A model generated the notes under the pieces. It was given only the letters and a program-made list of their open reading frames with translations, did no database searches and had not been told where the DNA came from. A stretch of 64,000 bases of DNA from Kiritimatiellia bacterium (GTDB lineage Bacteria > Verrucomicrobiota > Kiritimatiellia > SLOV01). Below are positions 45,841-55,944 of this stretch, piece after piece (the first letter of the stretch is position 1; every line of letters starts with the position of its first letter). The position numbers and the translations under genes were made by a program. The stretch covers positions 8,460 to 72,459 of the forward strand of contig CAUZEO010000002.1 of the NCBI GenBank assembly GCA_963578625.1. Direction: 5' to 3'.

Positions 45841-47931
45841 ATGGCCATACTTGAAAAGAAAGAACGCCTCAAAAAAGAGTTGGGGCTCGCCAGCGTTTAC
45901 GCGCTAGCCACCGGAACCACCCTCAGCGCAGGCTTCTTTTTGCTGCCGGGGCTTGCGGCGGAACGGGCGGGGGCGGCTTTACCCGTTGCGTACCTTCTTG
46001 CGGCCTTGCCGCTGATTCCCGCGGTGTTCAGTGCGCTGGAACTGGCAACGGCTATGCCGAGGGCAGGCGGCGTCTACTATTTCCTGGACCGCAGCCTCGG
46101 ACCGATCGTCGGAACCGCCGGGGGCTTCGGAATCTGGCTTGCGCTCATCCTGAAAGCCGCGTTCGCGCTGGTCGGGATGGGCGCCTACATCAACCTCATC
46201 GTCCCGTCCCTGCCCATAATTCCCGTCGCCATTCTCTTCGCGTTGTTGTTCGGCGCGGTAAACATCCTGGGCACCAAGCGGGCAGGAACTATGCAGTTGG
46301 TGCTCGTCAGCGGACTGCTCCTGATTCTGCTCTGGTTTGTGACCGGGATCTTCCGAATCGAACCAAGCCATTTCAGCACTTTCTGGGGCAGCGGAACGCA
46401 GTCGATCTTCTCGACAGCGGCCATGGTCTACATCAGCTACGTAGGAATCACTCATGTCGCCAGTGTTTCGGAGGAGGTCAAGAACCCGGGACGAAACCTG
46501 CCGCTCGGAGTCTTCCTGTCCCTGGGAACCGCGATTTTCGTTTACGTGGTCGGCACCACCGTCATGGTCGGCATCGTTCCCATGGCGGAGTTAACGGGGG
46601 AATTCGCATACGCCCCCGCCGCGCGGGCGGCGGAACTTCTGGCCGGCAACATCGGGAAATTCTTTATGGTCCTCGCCGCACTTCTCGCTTTCTCCTCCGT
46701 ATCCAATGCCGGAATCCTGAGTGCTTCGCGATATCCCCTGGCGATGAGCCGCGACGGAACGCTTCCCGGGGTTTTCGGAAAACTGAATCGGCGGAACATC
46801 CCGGTCAACGGAGTGCTCGTCACCGTCGGTGTCATGCTCTTCGTATTGATCTTCCTGGATGCGGTAAAAATCGCCAAGCTCGCCAGTGCGTTTCAACTCC
46901 TGCTCTTCGCAATGATCTGCCTCGCCGTCATCGTCATGCGGGAAAGTCACATCGATTCATACGATCCAGGGTACAAATCTCCGTTCTACCCATGGATGCA
47001 AATCACCGGCCTGGTGGTACCATTTCTCTTTATCGCTTTCATGGGCCCGATGCCGGTTATTTTCACCGGCGGACTCGTCGTCGCCAGTCTCGGATGGTAC
47101 TTCCATTACGCCCGCAAACATACGAAGCGTAGCGGCGCTATTCTTCACGTATTCGAACGTCTGGGTAGAGGCCGCTTCGATGGGTTGGACCCCGAGCTCA
47201 GGGGAATCCTCAAGGAAAAAGGCCTGCGTACAGAAGATCCGTTCGACGAAATCGTCGCCCGTGCGCAAGTGATCGACGAAGGTGAGAACGTGGATTTCGA
47301 AATCGTTGCACGAAAGGCTTCCGAACTGCTGGCGGCTCGGGTAACCGGCAGTGTGGATGAGATCTTCGACGGGTACTTGCGCGGCACCAGGATCGGAATG
47401 ACGCCCGTCTCGCACGGAGCGGCCCTCCCGCACCTGCGAATGCCCGGATTGCACAATTCGGAGATGGTTCTCGTCCAAGCTCGCGGTGGTATGAATATTA
47501 ATTTTGCGGACGAGTTGGGACGACAACGCGACCCCGAGCAGCCGGTACAAGCCGCCTTCTTTTTCATCAGCCCCGAAGACAACCCCGGGCAGCATTTGCG
47601 AATTCTGGCCCAAATCGCTGAACGCGTTGATGATGACGGGTTTATGAAGGAGTGGCTGAGCGCCGAAAATGACCAGCAGCTCAAGGAAACGCTTCTGCAC
47701 AATGACCGGTATCTCGCGCTCGCAATTGCGGAGCAGAGCAAGACTGAACGGCTTATCGGAAAATCAGTTGCAGAAGCGAAATTTCCTGCCGGCTGCCTGA
47801 TCGCGCTGATTCGGCGCGAGAGTAGTACATTCGTTCCCCGCGCATCAACCGTCATTGAAAACGGCGACCGGCTCACCATCATCGGCGAACCCGAATCCGT
47901 TCTGGAATTGACAAAACTGTACGGCGATTGA
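45841..47931 (+). CDS. APC-family amino acid/polyamine permease fused to PTS-EIIA(type 2)-like and TrkA-C (RCK_C) domains
   Basis: Start moved to ATG 45841 (the upstream start is TTG). 12-TM permease body. EIIA-like block ..PVSHGAALPHLRMPGLHNSEMVLVQARGG. Terminal ..FPAGCLIALIRRESSTFVPRASTVIENGDRLTIIGEPES is TrkA-C-like. Confidence 0.8.
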   Translation: MAILEKKERLKKELGLASVYALATGTTLSAGFFLLPGLAAERAGAALPVAYLLAALPLIPAVFSALELATAMPRAGGVYYFLDRSLGPIVGTAGGFGIWLALILKAAFALVGMGAYINLIVPSLPIIPVAILFALLFGAVNILGTKRAGTMQLVLVSGLLLILLWFVTGIFRIEPSHFSTFWGSGTQSIFSTAAMVYISYVGITHVASVSEEVKNPGRNLPLGVFLSLGTAIFVYVVGTTVMVGIVPMAELTGEFAYAPAARAAELLAGNIGKFFMVLAALLAFSSVSNAGILSASRYPLAMSRDGTLPGVFGKLNRRNIPVNGVLVTVGVMLFVLIFLDAVKIAKLASAFQLLLFAMICLAVIVMRESHIDSYDPGYKSPFYPWMQITGLVVPFLFIAFMGPMPVIFTGGLVVASLGWYFHYARKHTKRSGAILHVFERLGRGRFDGLDPELRGILKEKGLRTEDPFDEIVARAQVIDEGENVDFEIVARKASELLAARVTGSVDEIFDGYLRGTRIGMTPVSHGAALPHLRMPGLHNSEMVLVQARGGMNINFADELGRQRDPEQPVQAAFFFISPEDNPGQHLRILAQIAERVDDDGFMKEWLSAENDQQLKETLLHNDRYLALAIAEQSKTERLIGKSVAEAKFPAGCLIALIRRESSTFVPRASTVIENGDRLTIIGEPESVLELTKLYGD

Positions 47932-47932
47932 G

Positions 47933-49864
47933 CTACGAAAAGTATTCCTGGGCGACGATGCCGTCTTCCATCCAGTCATAGGTTCCATCGAGTACTTTTC
48001 CGGCAAGCTTGTATCCCCGAGCGTCATTGTTTGCGCCAATACCCCGGCGGTGGTCCTTAATCCGAAGGGCTGCTTCTCGACAGGTGTAGTCGGTGACACC
48101 GATGACTTCATCGCGGTCCCTGCCCTGGTCGATTAGGTGCTGCGCCCGGGAACAACACGACGCAATCACGAAAATCTCTGCGCCGACATCGACCAGTCGG
48201 CGAAGAAGCATCTGTCGAGCCTCGAGGCCGGGCCCGAACCGGGCCATAGCATGGAAGAGGCTGCGCGCGAGCTTCCGGCTGGCACGTTCCGCATACCGCG
48301 CGTGCTTCTTCAGCGCGGGGTCCATCCCTGCAATCACGCGATGTCGACGCGGGAAAAATAGTCTTGGATACCAAAGCCCATAGAATCCTGCAGCCTTGAA
48401 CGCGGCCTTGATGCGATCTGTAGCAGGCAGCTTGGAGTTCATCACCGCCGCGCCAATCTTCAAATGCGGATCCAATGCTTCGCGAGCGATGAACAGCCGC
48501 ATGATTTCACTGGAACCTTCGAAAATCAGGTTGATCCTGGAATCCCGCATCATCCGCTCGATGGGTATGGGCTTATCGCCACGCGCCCGAAGGGATTCCG
48601 CGGTCTCATAACCCCGGCCACCCCGCACTTGCATCGTCTCGTCGAGGATTCGCCATCCTTCCTCCGTCCCCCACATCTTGCACAGGGCTGCTTCGATGCG
48701 GATGTCGGTGGCCTTCCGATCGACGAGGCCCGCGGAAAGCATGGTGATGGATTCCATGGCAAACACGCCGGCAGTATGTCGCGCAATTTTGTCCGCAACA
48801 GCGCCGTGTTTACCGATTTTCGCGCCCCATTGTTCCCGCTCGTTTGACCAGTCACGGGACACCCGCAAACACATCTTCGAGGTTCCCGCACAGATCGCGG
48901 GAAGCGTAAGGCGGCCGATGTTGAGTGTCGTCAGCGCAACCCGGAGGCCTTTACCTTCCGCTAGAATGATGTTCTCCCGCGGCACCTTGACATCCTGAAA
49001 AGTAATCACTCCGTTGTAGAGAGACTTCAATCCCATGAAATAGCATCGGCACTCCACCGTCACGCCCGGCCAACCGGTCTCCACGATAAACGCGGTGATC
49101 TGTCGGCGTTCTTTCCCTTTCACCATCTTCGATGCGGTTCGCGCCATAACTACGAGGACGCCGGCGCGTGTCCCGTTGGTGCACCAAAGTTTCCGCCCAT
49201 TCAGCAGAAAGTGCGAGCCGTCCTCGGAAAGCTCCGCCGTGGTTTCCATTTTCGCAGGATCCGACCCAACCCCCTCTTCGGTCAGTGCGAAGGCGGAAAT
49301 TTCGCCCGCGGCAATTCGCGGCAGGTATTCTCGTTTTTGCCCCTCGGTTCCGAACATCAACAACGGCTGGGGGATCCCGATGGATTGATGGGCCGAAATC
49401 AGCGCCGACAAATTTCCACAGTGGCTGCCCAGAAGAACAGCCGCCCTGCAATAGTTTGCCTGGGACAGACCCAGACCGCCGTATTCTTTCGGAATCTTGA
49501 TTCCGAATGCTCCCAGCCTCGCAAGGCCGTCGAGGACCTCATCAGGAATTTCACCTTCTTCATCTATCCGGTCCGCATCCACCTTGTCTCGAAGGAACGC
49601 TTCCAATTGCTCGAGAAAAACGTCCCCTTTGGCTCGGTCTTCGTCCGACTGTGCGGGATAAGGATAAATTATGTCCCATGGTAATCTACCCATGAAGAGC
49701 TGGCCGGCAAAAGTCGGATACTCCCAGGTCGACTCACGCGAAGACTCGGTTATTTCAAGGGCGGCTCGCTTGCCTTCAGACATTTTTGAAGTGTCGATGA
49801 CAGACGGCCCCTCCAGTTCCTCCGAAACTTTCTGATCCGGCTCAAGGACCTGATTGTCGCTCAT
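47933..49864 (-). CDS. long-form acyl-CoA dehydrogenase (FadE-like)
   Basis: 643 aa with ACAD N/M/C domains (..GIPQPLLMFGTEGQKREYLPRIAAGEISAFALTE.., ..QVRGGRGYE..) plus a C-terminal extension. The start overlaps the upstream gene's stop by 4 nt. Confidence 0.85.
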   Translation of the reverse strand: MSDNQVLEPDQKVSEELEGPSVIDTSKMSEGKRAALEITESSRESTWEYPTFAGQLFMGRLPWDIIYPYPAQSDEDRAKGDVFLEQLEAFLRDKVDADRIDEEGEIPDEVLDGLARLGAFGIKIPKEYGGLGLSQANYCRAAVLLGSHCGNLSALISAHQSIGIPQPLLMFGTEGQKREYLPRIAAGEISAFALTEEGVGSDPAKMETTAELSEDGSHFLLNGRKLWCTNGTRAGVLVVMARTASKMVKGKERRQITAFIVETGWPGVTVECRCYFMGLKSLYNGVITFQDVKVPRENIILAEGKGLRVALTTLNIGRLTLPAICAGTSKMCLRVSRDWSNEREQWGAKIGKHGAVADKIARHTAGVFAMESITMLSAGLVDRKATDIRIEAALCKMWGTEEGWRILDETMQVRGGRGYETAESLRARGDKPIPIERMMRDSRINLIFEGSSEIMRLFIAREALDPHLKIGAAVMNSKLPATDRIKAAFKAAGFYGLWYPRLFFPRRHRVIAGMDPALKKHARYAERASRKLARSLFHAMARFGPGLEARQMLLRRLVDVGAEIFVIASCCSRAQHLIDQGRDRDEVIGVTDYTCREAALRIKDHRRGIGANNDARGYKLAGKVLDGTYDWMEDGIVAQEYFS

Positions 49865-52056
49865 GCTGCACCTCTCTTCTTGTCATAGAACGTTCGCCCC
49901 TCGCCGGCCATGCTACACAACAGGTCGCAGGGTTCAAATTGAAGCTCGCCACCATCTGCCAATGACCTCAGCGCATTCGAAATGTCGGCGGCGCCCCTCT
50001 CATCGGCATATCGGAGCGGCCCGCCTCGAAACGGGGCAAAACCCGTTCCGCGGATCATTGCGTAGTCGACATCCTCCGGGCCGGCAACCAAGTCTTCCTC
50101 AATACATCGGGCGGATTCGTTCACCATGAGCAGGACCATCCGCTCGGCCATGTCGGCACGGGAAAGGCTCCGCCGCTCGTGGGACTGAACAAACGGCGCC
50201 ACGCCGGGATTCAGACGGACTTTTTTGTGGCCATACTCGTAGAAGCCAGCCCCGCTCTTCTTGCCGAGAAATCCGGACTCCACCATCCTGTCCAGGACAT
50301 CAGGAACCGGCATCCGGTCGCCAAAATGCTCCGCCTGGTGCCGCGCGACATGCGCACAGACGTCGATACCCACTTCATCAGTGAGACGAACCGGGCCCAT
50401 CGGCATTCCGAAATCGAGCATTGCCCGGTCGAGCTCCCTGGGTGGCGCGCCCGAAGCGAACAGCGCGCCGGCCTCAGCTAGGTACGGCATCAGAATTCTA
50501 TTTACGATGAAGCCCGGCGAGTCCTTGACCACCACGGGAAGTTTGCCGACACCCTGCGCAAATCGAACCGCGCGATCGACCGTGGAGGCCGATGTATGAC
50601 GTCCTTTGACAATTTCCACGAGCTGCATCCTGTGGACGGGATTAAAATAGTGAATTCCGACAACTCGCTCCGGATGTCGCACCGATTCCGAGAGCTCCGT
50701 GATCGATAGCGCGGAGGTATTGCTGGCGAGAATGGTCTCTTCCTCTACCTGCGCAGCGAGGCTTTGAAAAATCTTCTTCTTGAGCTCCATCTTCTCCACC
50801 GCAGCCTCTATCACCAGATCCACGCTCCGCAAGGGCACATCCTCCGTAGTGCAGAAAACACGGTCCGTCCCCGCCTGCGCTTCCCTCCTCGTAAAAATTC
50901 GGCGCTTCACCGCCTCGCTGTACACGTGCCCGATGGCCTGCATCCCTTTCGCAAGGGCATCGGTCGAAATGTCCTTGAGGATGACGTCCTGGCCCCGTGC
51001 GCTGGACCACTGGGCAATACCTGCCCCCATGACCCCGGCGCCGATCACCGCAATGTTTGTGATTACGCGATCATCCCGCGTTTCGCCGGCAGGCAGCTGG
51101 ACGGTGAACCTTTTCGAGCGTTCTTCCAGGTGAAAAACCTGCACCAGGTTGTGGCAGGTTTTCTTGCGTGAAACTTCGGCGAATGCATCCTCTTCGAGGC
51201 GCATCGATCGAGCTGGGGATAGGCCAAGGCCCGCCGACACGACGTCAAGGGCCCGGAGCATCGACGGATAGTGCCCCCGGGTCTTTGCCATCAGCTTCTT
51301 ACGGGCTTGCTGCGAAATCACGGCTCGTGACAAAGGATTGTTTACCGAGACGTGCGATTTGCGCCGGGTCGGCGCGCCCGCGAAGATGAGTCGGCGAGCC
51401 GACTCTATCAGTCGCTCGCGTGGTACAACTTCATCAATCAACCCTGTTTTTTTTGCTTTCCGTGCAGGATAGGCTCTGCCGGTGAGGATCAAATCCAACG
51501 CAGTGGGGAGCCCGACAAGACGAGGCAGCCGGGTGCACCCGCCCCACGCAGGAAGAATCCCCAACATGGTTTCGGGTAATCCAAGTTTCGTCGACTTGCT
51601 GTCCGATGCGATTCGGTAGTCGCAGGCAAGCGCCAGTTCGCACCCGCCTCCCAGCGCAGCGCCGTGTATCGCCGCGACGGAGACCAGGTCCAGCGACGCC
51701 AGCTTGTTGAACATCCCCTGCCCCAGCCGGACCAACTCGCGAACGTCGTTTTCGCTCAAGCCTGGCCGAAAAAGTTCCTTAATGTCAGCGCCGGCAACAA
51801 AAATTGAGTTCTTAGCAGATGTCACGATAACGCCGTGAATGTCAGGGCGATCGGCAAGGTGGTCAATCAGGGCGTCGAACTCTTCGATCGTTGCATGGTT
51901 GAATGTGTTCGCACTGGAACCCTGTTTATCAAATACAACCAGGACCACGCCGGCCTCAAGCTCTTCGAGTCGGATGTTCTTCTCGTCCGCGGTATCCGCG
52001 TCCTGCTCGGTCTCGGTAGTTTCTTCGACCGCTTGCATGGTTCGATTTCCTTTCAT
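49861..52056 (-). CDS. fatty-acid oxidation multifunctional protein (enoyl-CoA hydratase + 3-hydroxyacyl-CoA dehydrogenase; FadB/FadJ type)
   Basis: 731 aa. Crotonase fold (SSANTFN..FVAGADI), then an NAD-binding IAVIGAGVMGAGIA 3HCDH domain. Confidence 0.85.
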   Translation of the reverse strand: MKGNRTMQAVEETTETEQDADTADEKNIRLEELEAGVVLVVFDKQGSSANTFNHATIEEFDALIDHLADRPDIHGVIVTSAKNSIFVAGADIKELFRPGLSENDVRELVRLGQGMFNKLASLDLVSVAAIHGAALGGGCELALACDYRIASDSKSTKLGLPETMLGILPAWGGCTRLPRLVGLPTALDLILTGRAYPARKAKKTGLIDEVVPRERLIESARRLIFAGAPTRRKSHVSVNNPLSRAVISQQARKKLMAKTRGHYPSMLRALDVVSAGLGLSPARSMRLEEDAFAEVSRKKTCHNLVQVFHLEERSKRFTVQLPAGETRDDRVITNIAVIGAGVMGAGIAQWSSARGQDVILKDISTDALAKGMQAIGHVYSEAVKRRIFTRREAQAGTDRVFCTTEDVPLRSVDLVIEAAVEKMELKKKIFQSLAAQVEEETILASNTSALSITELSESVRHPERVVGIHYFNPVHRMQLVEIVKGRHTSASTVDRAVRFAQGVGKLPVVVKDSPGFIVNRILMPYLAEAGALFASGAPPRELDRAMLDFGMPMGPVRLTDEVGIDVCAHVARHQAEHFGDRMPVPDVLDRMVESGFLGKKSGAGFYEYGHKKVRLNPGVAPFVQSHERRSLSRADMAERMVLLMVNESARCIEEDLVAGPEDVDYAMIRGTGFAPFRGGPLRYADERGAADISNALRSLADGGELQFEPCDLLCSMAGEGRTFYDKKRGAA

Positions 52057-52071
52057 GAAAACGTAATGTTG

Positions 52072-53373
52072 TCAGGGCCGCTCAAACCACAAGGCAGCCC
52101 CTTGGCCCCCACCCACGCAGAGGGAAACCAGTCCGCGCTTGGCATTTCGCCGCTGCAACTCCTTGAGAATCGTGAGACATAATCTTGCCCCCGTGGTCCC
52201 CACGGGGTGTCCCAACGCAATGGCTCCGCCATTGACATTCAGTCGATCCAGCGAGATCTCCCCCAGGGCGTTGCTACGCCCTAGTTCATCCCGCCCAAAC
52301 TCCGGCGATTTCGCTGCCGCAATGCAGGCCAGCACCTGGACGGCAAACGCCTCGTTGATTTCGATCAGGTCCGCGTTGTTCAGGCCCAGTCCGGTCCTCT
52401 CCTCCGCCTTTGCAATTGCATGCACGGGACCCAGCCCCATGCGCGCAGGATCACAACCCGCATAGCTATACCCGGTGAGAATGCCCAGGGGTTCCAAACC
52501 GAGTTCGTCTGCTTTGCTCTCCGTCATCACCAGCAACGCGGCCGCACCATCGGTAATCTGTGATGCGTTCCCCGCGGTCACCACGCCGTTCTTCCGGTCA
52601 AACACAGGTTTAAGCTTTCCCAGCGCTTCCATGGATTGCTGCGGCCGAGGGCCCACATCTTCGGTCACCGCGTCCTTGTACTTTGGCGGCACGAAGACCG
52701 GTGTGATTTCCTCCGCGAGCTTTTCACCTGCCGCAGCGGCCCGATGATGAGACACCATCGAAAACTGGTCCGCATCCTCCCGGGTGAGAGACGCTTCCCG
52801 GCCCACGAGTTCCGCTGTCTCGCCCATGTTCATGTCGCTGACTGGATCGGAGAGGCCCAACCGGAGGCTGATCAAGGGTTTGAAGTCGGAGGGACGGAAC
52901 GCCGCCATCGCTCCGATACGCTGGCTCGTTGTGCGGGCCCTGGCCAACTGTCCGAACTTTTTCGCAGTGCGGTGCGCGAAGAGCAACGGATACCTCGACA
53001 TGTTTTCCGTGCCGCCGACAATAAAAATACTTCCCGCTCCCGCGGCCATCTTTTCGTACGCCTGGGTGATTGCTTCGCATCCGGATGCGCAGTTCCGATG
53101 AACGGTGATGGCCGGAACGTGTTTGGGAATTCCCGCTCGCAACGCAATCACACGCGCCACGTTCGCAGCATCCGCCGGCTGTCCCACGCAACCGAAAATG
53201 ACCTCATCAATTGTTCCAGGGTCGATCCCCGTTTTCTTGATCAAGGATTGTACGGCAGCGCGTCCCAGTTCATCCGCGGTGACCTCGGCAAAAGACGTCC
53301 CCATTTTACAGAAAGCTGTCCGCACACCGTCCACGACCACCAGTTTCTGCTGTCCGCTAACCTGTGTAATCAT
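52072..53373 (-). CDS. acetyl-CoA C-acyltransferase (thiolase; FadA/FadI type)
   Basis: 433 aa with active-site blocks VHRNCASGCEAI, NVNGGAIALGHPVGTTGARL and CVGGGQGAA. Confidence 0.9.
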   Translation of the reverse strand: MITQVSGQQKLVVVDGVRTAFCKMGTSFAEVTADELGRAAVQSLIKKTGIDPGTIDEVIFGCVGQPADAANVARVIALRAGIPKHVPAITVHRNCASGCEAITQAYEKMAAGAGSIFIVGGTENMSRYPLLFAHRTAKKFGQLARARTTSQRIGAMAAFRPSDFKPLISLRLGLSDPVSDMNMGETAELVGREASLTREDADQFSMVSHHRAAAAGEKLAEEITPVFVPPKYKDAVTEDVGPRPQQSMEALGKLKPVFDRKNGVVTAGNASQITDGAAALLVMTESKADELGLEPLGILTGYSYAGCDPARMGLGPVHAIAKAEERTGLGLNNADLIEINEAFAVQVLACIAAAKSPEFGRDELGRSNALGEISLDRLNVNGGAIALGHPVGTTGARLCLTILKELQRRNAKRGLVSLCVGGGQGAALWFERP

Positions 53374-53456
53374 CGGTCCACCTTTTTGCCCCGCAATCCT
53401 CTTCCTCTCCTCGCCTCAGGCAATTCACTCGAAATGCGAGCAATCACTCACGTTTC

Positions 53457-53485
53457 AAGGTAGGAGCATATATTCCCCTTGTCAA
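53457..53485 (-). promoter_or_regulatory. candidate sigma70-type promoter for the beta-oxidation operon
   Basis: The minus strand reads TTGACA (53485-53480), 17 nt, then TACCTT (53462-53457), about 85 nt upstream of the thiolase start. The -10 match is weak. Confidence 0.25.
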
Positions 53486-53543
53486 ACGCATTGGAAGCAC
53501 AAAATAGGCTGGGCGGATGTTCTACGGGAAAATTGTAGGATTG

Positions 53544-55565
53544 TCATTCATCCTGCCACGCCTGCTGTCCACGGGAACCGGAAGCGAGCGCTTTCAGATC
53601 AGAAAGCTGCTCTTCGGCAGCGCACCGGCCGAGTTTCATGTATTTGCGCGGGTTGCCGTAGTCGTACCAGGTACCGTCGCAGGCAACGGCCCGAATTACC
53701 ACATCCGCCTGTTTGCAGGCGCCTTCAGCAACGCGAGTCTGGATCGCGTGCATGCTTCGACTGACTACGTCGAGGATGTTTCCTGATTCGAAATAGTTCA
53801 GGTAGTGACGAAGGGACGGCAGGAAGTTGCGCCCTGCGGAGGATTTCTTCTCCTTGCGGCCCTTGCCGGAGAGTACGCAATCTTTCATTTCTAATTCGTT
53901 CGCAATGGTATTCACGGCGATAATCTTTTCGACACCCATTTCAATCAGGACGTCGACAGGAAGCGGTTCAGATGCTCCGCCGTCAACAAAAGTCCTACCG
54001 TCCAGAGAAACGGGAGTCACGACGCCCGGCATCGCCATGCTTGCCTTCACCACTGGGGAAACCTGACCCGAATCGTAGACTACGCGCTCGAGGGTCTCCA
54101 AGTCGGTCGCGACAACTCTCAGTTGGAGTGACATGTCTGAGAAGTGGGCATCGCCAAGTGTCTCTTCCAGCAATCTCTTGAACCGGTTGCCGTGGATAAA
54201 ACCTCTGCGTGGCGGCAGCACCGGATCGAGAACCTTCAGTAATCCGAAACGACCCTCGAGTTCCAAGGCCAACGTTTCGATCTCGGAACCGCGCAATCCG
54301 AAAGCGCGTAGCGCTCCAATGTAGGCGCCCATGCTGGATCCGGCAATGACATCGGGCCGAATGTCGTTTTCTTCCAGCACTTGGATCGCGCCGATATGCG
54401 CATAACCCTTCGCGCCGCCGGATGAAAGAGCAAGCCCGATGCGGCATCTTCCGATTTCACGGGCAAGATACCGGACATTTGCGCTGAAACGATCGGTGGG
54501 ATTCGTGAGGTAGTGCGTATCCGAAGCTCCCGCATAGGAGGGAAACCCGTGAATCTGCGAATGGATAGGCACGCCCACACTTTCCTTCAGCTCCCGGAAA
54601 GGTCTCCCGCGCTCATCGCGCTCCAGGCAAACGACCGGTCTCACCTGGTGTATGAGTTCGCCGGACCCCTCGCGAATCGAGCGGATGAACCTGTTCGCAT
54701 GAGACAGATCTTCGGAGGATTGACCAAACAATACGTATGCAAGGTCAGACTGCCGCTGGAACTCGTTCGCAACCTCCGGACAGATATCGACGTCCGCCGA
54801 AATCACCACAAAGCGGTAAAAACGACCCATGTGCCCGATCAAGGAGGCAATCCGCCGAATTTCCTCCGTACCACCCGACACAAATAATCCCAGGTGAAAT
54901 ACATCTTCCTCACCACGGCCCAGATTGCGCTCAAGCTGGAAGGCTCCATTCTCCGGAGCTTCGATCACCCAGTCACGAAGCCTCGGCACACCGTCCCCCG
55001 GCAGCAAGCGCACACTTAGCACACTCGCACCGGTCTCTTTCCGCAGCGCGAGAGAGAGATTCTCGGTGACGTTGCCGCCGTGAATTGACTTGGTCAGGCA
55101 GGCAACACACACAACCCGCCCCAGTTCCGCACGCACCGTGTCGACCTCGGCGCTCAGTCTCCGCATGTGCTCCTTGAGCCGTTTTACGAGTTGGCGGACG
55201 AGCCGCGGGGTCTTGTCGAGCAGTGCGTGGATGTCTTCGCCGTCCAACCGGAGAAGTACAGAATCCGTGATTACTTGAACCGTGGTCCAGTGCCTGTCGT
55301 GGCTCAGCAGCGCACGCTCCCCGAAAGTGTCCCCCGGAGAATAGATATCGAGAACCTGGGAACCGCCGCCTGGAGACAGGAGGACCGATTGACACCGCCC
55401 GCTCAAAAGGAGAAGCAAAGCGTCGCATGGATCGCCTTCACGGCAGATAATCTCCCCTTTTTCAACCTCTTCGATGCGGGAATGCTCGGTGAGCCGGTTC
55501 AGAATTCGCGACGATAGGCCCGCAAAGGCAGGTTGATTCTTCAGAATCTTTGCATGCGTATTCAC
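53544..55565 (-). CDS. cyclic-nucleotide-binding domain + patatin-like phospholipase (NTE-like)
   Basis: The N-terminal cNMP-binding fold (..GEIICREGDPCDALLLLLSGR..GDTFGERALL) is followed by a 200-aa unassigned linker. The patatin domain has GLALSSGGAKGYAHIG, GSSMGA (GxSxG) and FVDGGA (catalytic Asp). Confidence 0.8.
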   Translation of the reverse strand: MNTHAKILKNQPAFAGLSSRILNRLTEHSRIEEVEKGEIICREGDPCDALLLLLSGRCQSVLLSPGGGSQVLDIYSPGDTFGERALLSHDRHWTTVQVITDSVLLRLDGEDIHALLDKTPRLVRQLVKRLKEHMRRLSAEVDTVRAELGRVVCVACLTKSIHGGNVTENLSLALRKETGASVLSVRLLPGDGVPRLRDWVIEAPENGAFQLERNLGRGEEDVFHLGLFVSGGTEEIRRIASLIGHMGRFYRFVVISADVDICPEVANEFQRQSDLAYVLFGQSSEDLSHANRFIRSIREGSGELIHQVRPVVCLERDERGRPFRELKESVGVPIHSQIHGFPSYAGASDTHYLTNPTDRFSANVRYLAREIGRCRIGLALSSGGAKGYAHIGAIQVLEENDIRPDVIAGSSMGAYIGALRAFGLRGSEIETLALELEGRFGLLKVLDPVLPPRRGFIHGNRFKRLLEETLGDAHFSDMSLQLRVVATDLETLERVVYDSGQVSPVVKASMAMPGVVTPVSLDGRTFVDGGASEPLPVDVLIEMGVEKIIAVNTIANELEMKDCVLSGKGRKEKKSSAGRNFLPSLRHYLNYFESGNILDVVSRSMHAIQTRVAEGACKQADVVIRAVACDGTWYDYGNPRKYMKLGRCAAEEQLSDLKALASGSRGQQAWQDE

Positions 55566-55623
55566 TCTGGACTATAACTCACAGTATCCCATCAATTAGA
55601 CTAGAAGCAAGAGGAGCACCACA

Positions 55624-55905
55624 TTGATTATTGGACTTTTAGAGGCGGAAATCAGCATCCCGGAATCTCGTTCGCTGAAAGATAAGCGCCAGGTTATCCG
55701 CAGTCTGAAGGACCGAATTCTCAATGCCATGAACGTCAGCGTCGCCGAAACAGGAAGGCAGGACGCCCGGCAGTTCGCCGAGATGGCCTTTGTGACGGTC
55801 TCCGCCCAGAAAAATGTGGTGGAAAAACGGCTCAGTGCGGTTCAACAGGTCCTTCAGACCAACCCCCGAATGGTCCTACTGGATATGCGGATGGAGATCC
55901 TGTAA
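55624..55905 (+). CDS. DUF503 (YlxP-like) protein
   Basis: 93 aa from a TTG start. IIGLLEAEISIPESRSLKDKRQVIRSLKDRILNAMNVSVAETG is the DUF503 signature (..SLKeKR.v..sl..r...fNvSvaE). Confidence 0.65.
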   Translation: MIIGLLEAEISIPESRSLKDKRQVIRSLKDRILNAMNVSVAETGRQDARQFAEMAFVTVSAQKNVVEKRLSAVQQVLQTNPRMVLLDMRMEIL

Positions 55906-55944
55906 CCCGAATATCCTGCCATGTTTCCATACCATCATCCAGGG

